From Corallochytrium limacisporum Hawaii (lineage: Eukaryota > Protista > Pluriformea), in contig PDIP01000047.1 in the NCBI GenBank assembly GCA_002811645.1, positions 5,861 to 69,860 on the forward strand: a DNA stretch of 64,000 nucleotides. The letters run 5' to 3'. The notes beneath the pieces are model-generated. The model searched no databases. It was not told the origin of the DNA and worked only from the letters and a program-made list of their open reading frames with translations. The number at the start of each line of letters is the position of its first letter. Within the stretch, counting starts at the first letter, position 1. Made by a program: the position numbers and the translations under genes. This document shows positions 33,900-42,449 of this stretch, one piece after another.

Positions 33900-34658
33900 A
33901 TCTGGATTGTCAGTCGTGGCCTGAACCGGCTCGTCGAGAGCGGTTTGCAGGCTTTGATCTGGCTGTACAGAAATTTTTGAAGGTTTGCTACCGCGTCCTA
34001 ATCACTATCTGTTCAGATTAGTGCATTGAGTTGGGTTCGAGATCTATACCCGGTGGCCTCTTCTAAATTAGGAACACCAATCGCACGGTGCTGAACCATT
34101 GCTATAAATAGTGTTGCTGAGATTAAGTACCTCAAGTAGGACCCATTTGAGTAGCGGTGGTAATGTCCTACTTCGTGCACACTCCTGTGCTCGCTTTAGG
34201 ACTGAGCAAGCCGGCAAGAATCTATTTCTGCTACGCTCTGGATCAGTGGAGATGTCCAGTTTCTTCTTGACCACGACACACTTTCGGACTCAACTGATAG
34301 TCAGGTGATATGGTCTGCGAAGATCTCAAACCGGCAAGACTGCGTCCGCAGAACAGTTCGACAGCCCCCGGCGAGCACCACCCACCGGCAGGTCCACACC
34401 CCCCCCCCAAGGCAGGGTCATGAGTCGTCCTAATTTCCTTCCCTCCCTTGGTGACTCTTCGGTCACCAGCCGCTCGGTACTCTCAGTACTGAGCCGGTGG
34501 GGAAGTAGCTATTTTTAGCTGGAACCTACGGTGAGATTGGTACCACGGTACTAAATGTATGGAAACCTATCCAGTCCCAAACTGATATAGAAAGACTACT
34601 GGCCATGTGACAAACAAAATCAATAATTAGTTTTTAAAATCAAGTCATTACTTATTTT

Positions 34659-35423
34659 TTATATCTCAGCGGCGCTACTGCTCCCTGGGTCATCGTCCTG
34701 AGTGCTGTGGTCACTGGCATTGTCCTCGCTCATCCTGGAAGATTTCTCTGCCTCGGTCTCGTTTGCGGGTGATGAAAGTTCTTCTCTGTTTTCCTTATCG
34801 GCCATTTTGTCATCGTCACCTTCTGAATCTGTTATCTCAACGGGCTCCAGAGCTAGTTCTTCATCGTCAGAATCGTCGCCGACGGGTTCGTCTCCTGCGA
34901 CTGGAGCGCCCATTGTCCGAGAGATTGGTTTGAGAAGATCACGCATGTGGCCACGAGTAAGTAGAGCTACAGCCACCAAAGAATGGCCGCACAGAAGGCC
35001 GCCTACGGCATCTTGTTCAGTGTCATTCATAATCTTGAACGCGTGGTCGTTGATTTTCTGCATCAATTCTCTGTCAGGAGGATCATCCACTGCCACAGAG
35101 ATCGGTAGACTACCTTCCATGCCCCCAAGCTTCTTTGCGTCCCCGTTCCAGTCGCGTAGTGCCCGGACATACTTGCCGACCTCACGACGTCGGAAATTCG
35201 TGGACACAGAGGTCACAAACTCGCTCGCTTCGCGCGCGTTGCTTTTTCCTGTGGGGACGTCCTTACGGGGTGTTTGTGCTGGAGTAACGATCTGTACTTC
35301 TCCATCTTCGTCTTCGATGATCTGTGTATCCAATTGGGATCTGCGCTGTCGTTGTTTCTTTGAAGGGTCACTAGTGGCACTGTATGTGCCGCCAACCGCT
35401 TGAATCTTTCGCTTTCGCGGCAT
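34659..35423 (-). CDS. Uncharacterised, probably nuclear protein; weak resemblance to the Rrn10 (UAF) motif
   Basis: 254-aa ATG ORF with basic NLS-like N-terminus (PRKRK, KKQRQRR), short helical core PPDRELMQKINDHA...HSLVAVALL and acidic tail. The family call is tentative. Confidence 0.65.
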   Translation of the reverse strand: MPRKRKIQAVGGTYSATSDPSKKQRQRRSQLDTQIIEDEDGEVQIVTPAQTPRKDVPTGKSNAREASEFVTSVSTNFRRREVGKYVRALRDWNGDAKKLGGMEGSLPISVAVDDPPDRELMQKINDHAFKIMNDTEQDAVGGLLCGHSLVAVALLTRGHMRDLLKPISRTMGAPVAGDEPVGDDSDDEELALEPVEITDSEGDDDKMADKENREELSSPANETEAEKSSRMSEDNASDHSTQDDDPGSSSAAEI

Positions 35424-36006
35424 GTGTATTCGGTTTTCTCATGTCATGCTTGATCCAGATCAATAGTATTTCATGACATTGCGTTTCATCTTAAACCACC
35501 TTGATGTCAGCTAAGCCTGGCACTGCGCCATAAGAAATACATCTTCGTCGGAATAGCCATGGTTCGGCTGTTCGCTGTCCCCGTTTTCTTCGCGGGCCCT
35601 CCACACACCCCCGCACCCTTCCCCGGGTGGGGGGGTCCTTCAACAGGGAAAGCTGTGCGAAGGGCGATGGCTGGGTACGGAGAACTCGGAGTCGAAATTG
35701 GTCTTTACGCAGGTTTGGAGAACTCCCCCCGTCCCTCTTCCCGGCCTGGTTTGCGCGCGAGAACTCGGGCCAGTGGGCATGGACCGGGAGAGTGGCTCGG
35801 GGAGCGCTTTGCGGCCCAGGGATACGGAAACATAGGCCGGGTTCCGAGTGGGCCTGACGACGAGGGAGGTGAGAACAGGCCAAAGCCGCGCAGAAGACAT
35901 TCAAAAAGGTACTTGAAACTTGATAAATTTCGTCTTAGACATCCTCCTAAACTGTCAATGCAAAAAAGTTGAGAGACAGGTGACAAACTGAAGATGCCAT
36001 AAGGAG

Positions 36007-36579
36007 ATGCCTCACTCCACTGGAATCGAGGAGATTATGTCTCTTGGAAGTACTGGTGAAATTTCTGGGAGCATGAAGCGGTCTGCACCCAACTCCACTA
36101 CGAAATCGTCAACGAACGGTGAGCCTAGTGCGAAGAGTTCGGAGTCAACGGTTAAGCGACGGAGAACGAAACTTCCGAAACCCATTACACCCTCCATGGA
36201 GAGTAGCATTGCTCTGCATCTGAAGGCAAAGACACCCGGTGCGACAGAGAAGAGTCTAGAGATTGGAGACCTTTGGCTGCAGGCAGCTGTGGGAGCTCAG
36301 AAAGTTTGGGGTGATGCTGAACAGACTATGTGCTACCTCAGGTCACTGGAGGAGCTCATAATGAGGTACGCCGTGTGGGCCGACAATAATCCGAAGACCA
36401 CCGAGGTGTTGGAGCAGCTCACTGTAGCACACCCACCCCGAGGAACCGGCCAAGGGGAATCGTCGGCGGATGCAGAGGGCTCCACCTTGAACAATCAGAA
36501 CGGTTCCACCCCAACCAGAGAGCCTGCATCGCCGAAGGATAAAGAAAGAACGGGAACGTTGACGGAGAAGAATTCATAA
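36007..36579 (+). CDS. Uncharacterised protein with NLS-like KRRRTK
   Basis: 190-aa ATG ORF with a helical core flanked by disordered ends. Stop lies 35 bp from the ATG3 stop, as in other convergent pairs here. Confidence 0.65.
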   Translation: MPHSTGIEEIMSLGSTGEISGSMKRSAPNSTTKSSTNGEPSAKSSESTVKRRRTKLPKPITPSMESSIALHLKAKTPGATEKSLEIGDLWLQAAVGAQKVWGDAEQTMCYLRSLEELIMRYAVWADNNPKTTEVLEQLTVAHPPRGTGQGESSADAEGSTLNNQNGSTPTREPASPKDKERTGTLTEKNS

Positions 36580-36614
36580 TAGTACACTATTACACAATTT
36601 ATTTTCAGACACGC

Positions 36615-37538
36615 TCAGACGTACATCTCCCGTGAGTAATCGTAGCTAATCGTGGGTACAATAGCCTGCATGAACTTGAGAAAGATCATGAGGTATTGAT
36701 ACACTTCGACTTTATGACCGTTGCTTTCCGCCATCGCAACAATCTTTTGCATGACCTCCGCATGTTTGCAGGGATGGATGCTCACCATGGGAGTCTGATA
36801 GAAAGGATGGGTTTCCAGGGTCACCGTCTTATCCATGTGGTCTGGGCTGATGTCCTCGTACATTTCCTCTGGCTTTAGAGGCCGACCATCCTCCGCATAA
36901 CCGGCTAGCCAAAATCTGGGCACGCGATAGTAATTGTCGTAGGTAACACTGAGGTCATACCTCCGCGTTGCCAGCACGCTGTCCGGTGCCTGGCTCTGTG
37001 TACCCTGTGCCGCAGGTAGTTCGTCAGGGTCGTCTTCTACAAGCACCTGCCCGGCAACGTCGTCCAAGTCGGGCACGTCACTGTCATCCTCATCTTCATC
37101 CTCGTCCGCCGCGGCAGAATCCTGCAAAGTTGCTTTCATCGTAAGGTCCTCCGTCAGGTCTGTCACCTGTCGGTCAGCGGTATTGTCACGCTGTGGTTCC
37201 AGCCAGCCACCCTCACCATCGTCATCCTCAACAAAGTGATCCGCGTGTTCCATGGCACTCTGCATGTCCTTACACCTCTGTGCGCACGGCACACCCTTCA
37301 TGGTTATGTGCTGCTTTTCGTTGGGCATGTAGTCCTTGGGTGCATTGCCACCGTTCTCCCACTGCCACGTTGGATATTGGAAGTTGAGGAAATCTCCAGC
37401 CAAGACAAATTCTTCTGGCGTGATCATTCCCGTTTTTGCGAAAGTGCTCTCCTTCATTACTGGCATCATCCGTTCACCGATTCCCAGCAGGAACCGTTGA
37501 ACGGAATTCTTCGCGTCCAGGTACGCTTTCTCTGTCAT
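36615..37538 (-). CDS. ATG3: Autophagy E2-like enzyme Atg3
   Basis: ESTFAKTGMITPEEFVLAGDFL, PTWQW, RRYDLSVTYDNYYRVPRFWL, catalytic SIHPCKHAEVM, FLKFM..VPTI. Start at 37538 chosen by family length; an in-frame ATG also exists at 37691. Confidence 0.95.
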   Translation of the reverse strand: MTEKAYLDAKNSVQRFLLGIGERMMPVMKESTFAKTGMITPEEFVLAGDFLNFQYPTWQWENGGNAPKDYMPNEKQHITMKGVPCAQRCKDMQSAMEHADHFVEDDDGEGGWLEPQRDNTADRQVTDLTEDLTMKATLQDSAAADEDEDEDDSDVPDLDDVAGQVLVEDDPDELPAAQGTQSQAPDSVLATRRYDLSVTYDNYYRVPRFWLAGYAEDGRPLKPEEMYEDISPDHMDKTVTLETHPFYQTPMVSIHPCKHAEVMQKIVAMAESNGHKVEVYQYLMIFLKFMQAIVPTISYDYSREMYV

Positions 37539-37794
37539 TCTGTTAGTTAATGTGCGAGGAATAACTCTGTACGATATCTTTCCCCGTGGTTCTAGCCCAG
37601 TTCCTTCATCCCGGGGTCGTTCATTGACGTGCGAAGTGTTTCTCGCAGATCCGCTTCCACACGAATAGTACGGTCCACCACTTGGATACATTCACATTCT
37701 GCATTATATATACCATTCTGGCTCAGGATATCGCGTGCGCAGCTCATGTAGCCGAAGCCATATTGTCGTGCACGGGCAAGCATCCCAGGAACAG

Positions 37795-37851
37795 TCTCTG
37801 TCTCTCTCTCGCTCTCTCTCTCTGTGTATCTGTCTGTCTGTCTCTCTCTCT
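37795..37851. repeat. Imperfect (TC)n microsatellite
   Basis: Interrupted tctctc runs. Confidence 0.85.
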
Positions 37852-38198
37852 TCCTCTCTGTGGCGCACTCTCCTCTCTACGTCACTTGGACTGGCGGCGG
37901 GCACAGTACCAGTATCGTCAGCCTCCGGAGTCTGCACCAGGTCCACGGGCCAAGACCCAGAGGAGCGCAGTCAATTTACTCTTCAATACGATGACATCCC
38001 CCACGTATCAATGACGGGAAGTCGTGGCGAGAGCGCAAAGCAAGCGCCAAAACCCCAAAGCCAACAATCTCTCCCCTCCCAAAGCGCGGGGCCCGAGGAA
38101 ACTGCCAACAAACGCACGCACCAACAAAAACACACACACACACACCCCGAACCCGCTCCGTTTTCACCGCCGTTCGCAACAGAAAGACTGCGGTACCA

Positions 38199-38760
38199 CC
38201 CCCCCCCGGGGGGGGGGCCGTCGCAGAGACGGACACCGGCCAGGGCAGCACGCAGGGCGTCAGGACACTCAGTGAAAACGCCGTCGTTATCAGCCCGACG
38301 GGTGAAAAACCCAATCGGTCAGCCCTCCCCCAGTCTCGATCTGTTCGATACCTCGAGGCCGGGAGCGAAGTTTCATTTCCCTTACTTTTGATATTGATAT
38401 TCCGCTGACCAAAATGATACTCTCACCAATCTTATCGTGATATAACATGGTGCTCAGCTCAGGTCGGCAAAAAGTTTGGGAACAGTGGCACGGGAAGTCA
38501 ATACTTTCAGTACTGCGGCGGCATTTCCAAAGGAGGGAGCGGGATCGGGGAGTGACGTTCTCCGCCGCTCGCTCTCTGGGGTCTGGCCCTTGCTCCCAGC
38601 CCCGAGTCCCCCGCTCTGCGCCCCCCCCCCCCCCGGGGAGCCTTCTCTGGCGGTGGCCCGTTGCCGTCGGCTTCTGTTGTTGTTTCTTGCAGTTCATTCA
38701 GTACGAGAGGAAGGACAACGAACCCATCCGGCCGGCCCCGGGGGGGGGGGGGGGGGGGGG
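38199..38760. promoter_or_regulatory. CnGn palindromes (C9G10 at 38199, C14G4 at 38621, C4G21 at 38736) in the ATG3/CUL1 divergent region
   Basis: Seen directly; function inferred. Confidence 0.5.
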
Positions 38761-39157
38761 AGGAGGCGGAGGAATTACGACCGCTCTCCGCGCAGATTAA
38801 GAGAAGAAGAGAGAGAAGGAACGGCGCTCTCCCCGAAAGGGCCGTGCGTCCGTTCCCTGCCCGCTGAGGAACTTCCAGAAGCAAAAAAAACAAAACACCA
38901 AAGTAGGCCAAAGCTGGGACACAAACTCTCATATTTTCAGTATAGCAGGGGAGTACGGTTGCCAAGAATTCGAGCACGTCAGCATGGCAGGCACGGTTGA
39001 ACATCCGGCAGGCCATTTGCGGGGCAGGCAGCGCCCGGAGAGGGCTGAGGGTTCGGTCAGCACTCCTGTTGGAAGTTCTCGATCCCATACATTTTTCATG
39101 GAAATCCTCGTCGCTGGGCCGCCCGGTCCGGGTCCGTACTCGTACAGCGGTGGAGCG

Positions 39158-39158
<1 letters not shown>

Positions 39159-39190
<32 letters not shown>
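39159..39190. repeat. (AC)16 microsatellite
   Basis: Perfect AC run. Confidence 0.9.
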
Positions 39191-39192
<2 letters not shown>

Positions 39193-39896
39193 ACAGAGCC
39201 CGCTGCTCCTCGTCCTCCTCGCCTCCGCAGGGACGCCGCCGCGTTTCTTTAGGCTCTTGGCTTCCCCCTTTGTCGGGAACCCCCTCCCTCCCTCCCTCCT
39301 TCCCTCCCTCCGGGGGGTGGGACGGGCTTTGCATTTTTGCTTTCTGCGGATGGCCCCGATTTAGGCGTGTGTACGGTCAGGGAGCAGAGAGGAAGGAAGG
39401 GAAACCTCGGGCACAGGAGGATCTCGGGTACATGTGTCTGATCAGCAAGTTTGTGCCAAGGGGGAGGCAAACTGCCAAGGCCATGGTTGTTTGAGACGTG
39501 TTCTGGATTTCCGTGCAAAGACCTCAGTCAACCCAGTAGCACGGCCTTGGAGCGACAGTGGTTCTGGCTTTTTCTTTGAGAAACCGGCTATCAAGTGGTA
39601 TTTGGAGAGCGGTAACAATCCGAGGTAGTAGTTATGCGGAGATCCCATTACTCTGTAGTATATACATACATGGCTTCAAGGAAGCCTCTTGAAAGATTGA
39701 AAAGACCAAGGTCACCGGGATAGACCATTGGACAGAATTTTGAACGGAACACGGCGCCTCCAGGGATTGCAACGGAACGTTCAGATTGTTTAGGCGTGGA
39801 ACCCTCTAAAGAACTGGCTGTCATAGCCAACAGCCGTCCATTAATTATTCGTGGGATATCATTCCTTGTTCCACTTACAGTATAGATCCGGCCGAC

Positions 39897-42242
39897 ATGG
39901 TACCAGCACAGCCCATGGCCCATGAAGCCATGTCACTTTTCGACAATGGGCAAAACAAATATATTTATGCGAAGACAAGCTCACGGGAGGGCAATGCGAC
40001 TTGGCTTAAGGAGATTGAGCCTGATCTGCGGTCATTGTTCGAAGACAACAAGACGGGAATGAGTCGTGCCACTTACATGAATGTGTACACAATTATTTAC
40101 TCCCTCTGTACAAATAACGCCAGTCAGAAGCAACCGCAGGATAGCAATCAGGGTGCCATTTTTGGTGGTGAGGAAGTTTATCGTAGTTTGAGTGAATTCT
40201 TGAAGGAACACTTGCAAGGAATTGAAAAGCAAGCCGCGAGTTTGCAGGATGAAGGACTCCTACGTTATTTTAATACGGAATGGAACCGGTATTTGAGTGC
40301 GGCCAAGTGTGCCAACCACTTGTTTAACTACCTCAATCGACACTGGATCAAGCGTAAGAAGGATGAGCTGGAGCCTGTGTACTTCATTAATACTCTCTGT
40401 CTGGTGTTGTGGCGTGAAGAGGTGTTTCGACCATTAGCTGATCGCATTTCCCGGGCACTGCGCATGTTAATCAAGAACGAACGGGATGGTGAGACCATCG
40501 ACACTAGTCTTGTGTCCCAGGCCGTGCAGTGCCTGGTTATGATTGGAGCCAACGACGACGGTGGCTCCGCCTCTCGCAATGACGAGCGTCCGTTGAGCAT
40601 TTACAGAGTTATTTTCGAACAGGAACTACTTGAGGAAACACGAAAGTATTATGAAGCTGAACGGGACGACTTTATCGACAGCAATCCGGTCACAGAGTAC
40701 ATGAAGAAGGTGGAGGCTCGCCTGGAAGAGGAACAGCGTAGGGTACAGATTCTTCTCCATCCCTCGACAGAAGAGAAGCTGTTGAAGGCATGCAAGGACG
40801 TGCTTATCAGCGAGCGCATTGAAAAGTTCTACGATGAATTTAAGGTCCTTTTGGAGAATGACATGAACACAGATTTGGCCCGCATGTACAGTTTGCTCTT
40901 CCGGGTACCCAATGGTCTGAATAAGTGCCAGGAATCATTCCAGGAACACATTATTCGTCAGGGCAACTTGGCCATCAATGCCAATCTGGAGAATGCGTCT
41001 ACGGATGAGAAGAAGTACATCAACATTTTGTTGACCACGCACCGGAAATACAGCGAACTGGTGCAAAGTGCATTCAACGGCGATTCTTCGTTTGTGGCAT
41101 CCTTGGACAAGGCATGCAGGGATTTCTTCAACCGCAATGAAGTCACAAAGAAGGATGCCACGGGCTATAACACACACAAGTCACCAGAAATGCTGGCCAA
41201 GTACTGCGACGGATTGTTGCGCAAGTCAAGCAAGACAAACGAGGAAGGTGATCTTGAAGATGCACTTAACGACCTCATGGTGATTTTCCAGTACATGGTT
41301 GACAAAGATGTCTTCAACAAATTCTACTCGAAGCATTTGTCTGCCCGCTTGATCAACAAGATGAGCGCTAGCGATGATGCTGAGGAGTCTATGATTTCCA
41401 AACTCAAGGTGGCCTGTGGTTACGAGTATGTAAAAAAGCTGCAGCGTATGTTCCAGGACGTCGGTACGTCGCGTGATCTGAATACTGAATTCAATGGTCA
41501 TCTCCAACGCCTCGAAGTGAAGCTGGACTCCGCGTTCGAGGTACAGGTGCTGGCAGCCGGTTCATGGCCCATTGGCAAGCAGCACACAGAATTTATCCCC
41601 CCTCCTGATCTTCGCCGGGCCCTGGAACGGTTTGAAGCCTTCTACAACAAGAAGCACAGTGGTCGCAAATTGGAATGGCAATATCACCGCAGCAAGGCTG
41701 ACATTGTGGCCCGTTTCAACGGCATGAAGTACACCATTACCGGGTGGTCTTATCAGACGGCCATCCTGCTCATGTTCAACGAGCGGGACGAAATCACCTT
41801 TGACGAGATCCACCAGGCCACCAAGATTCAGAAGCCTTACCTGGAGAAAGTGATCGAAATGCTTTTCAGGACCAAGCTCCTGAAGGGTCCTGAGAAACTG
41901 CAGGATGACTCCAAGATTATTCTCAACAAGGACTTTAAGAGCAAGCGCATTCGCATCAATATTGCCATGGCCCTGCGTCACGAGAGCAAGGCAGAGAGTG
42001 AAGAGACTCACAGGACCATTGACCAGGATCGCATGCACACCGTGCAGGCCGCCATTGTACGTGTAATGAAGACCCGCAAGACCATGAAGCATCAGCAACT
42101 GATTCAGGAGGTGATTGCCCAGGTGAGCCATCACTTTAAGCCCAACATTTCGGTCATCAAGAAACAGATTGATGCCCTACTGGAGAAAGAGTATATTTGT
42201 CGTGATGAGGACTCTCCCGGTGTTTACAACTACGTGGCGTGA
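39897..42242 (+). CDS. CUL1: Cullin-1
   Basis: YMNVYTIIY, FNYLNRHW, KSPEMLAKYCD, DKDVFNKFYSK, SASDDAEESMISKLK, HSGRKL and neddylation motif AAIVRVMKTRK. True start may be the ATG at 39930. Confidence 0.93.
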   Translation: MVPAQPMAHEAMSLFDNGQNKYIYAKTSSREGNATWLKEIEPDLRSLFEDNKTGMSRATYMNVYTIIYSLCTNNASQKQPQDSNQGAIFGGEEVYRSLSEFLKEHLQGIEKQAASLQDEGLLRYFNTEWNRYLSAAKCANHLFNYLNRHWIKRKKDELEPVYFINTLCLVLWREEVFRPLADRISRALRMLIKNERDGETIDTSLVSQAVQCLVMIGANDDGGSASRNDERPLSIYRVIFEQELLEETRKYYEAERDDFIDSNPVTEYMKKVEARLEEEQRRVQILLHPSTEEKLLKACKDVLISERIEKFYDEFKVLLENDMNTDLARMYSLLFRVPNGLNKCQESFQEHIIRQGNLAINANLENASTDEKKYINILLTTHRKYSELVQSAFNGDSSFVASLDKACRDFFNRNEVTKKDATGYNTHKSPEMLAKYCDGLLRKSSKTNEEGDLEDALNDLMVIFQYMVDKDVFNKFYSKHLSARLINKMSASDDAEESMISKLKVACGYEYVKKLQRMFQDVGTSRDLNTEFNGHLQRLEVKLDSAFEVQVLAAGSWPIGKQHTEFIPPPDLRRALERFEAFYNKKHSGRKLEWQYHRSKADIVARFNGMKYTITGWSYQTAILLMFNERDEITFDEIHQATKIQKPYLEKVIEMLFRTKLLKGPEKLQDDSKIILNKDFKSKRIRINIAMALRHESKAESEETHRTIDQDRMHTVQAAIVRVMKTRKTMKHQQLIQEVIAQVSHHFKPNISVIKKQIDALLEKEYICRDEDSPGVYNYVA

Positions 42243-42449
42243 ACGTCACGCCCGCGTTCAGTGCAAAGTAGATTCGAAATAGAGAACCCAAATAGAGACA
42301 CTGCCACAATGGTCACATTTTCTGGATCAAACGTATTTTATGTCTTCGAGTTTTGTAAAGGAATAGTAGATTTGGACTCTAATGATGCACAAACAGTTCA
42401 CCAAGTGTTTCAAAGACGGGACACAATTTACGGATTCTGTTTTTCTTCT

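Noticed and set aside
37700-39650. Many 100-275 aa ORFs in G/C- and microsatellite-rich regions (also 5.5-7.5, 23.0-24.6, 45.5-47.5 and 55.5-59.3 kb)
   Set aside because: Low-complexity translations of homopolymers, dinucleotide repeats or N gaps; no coding signature.
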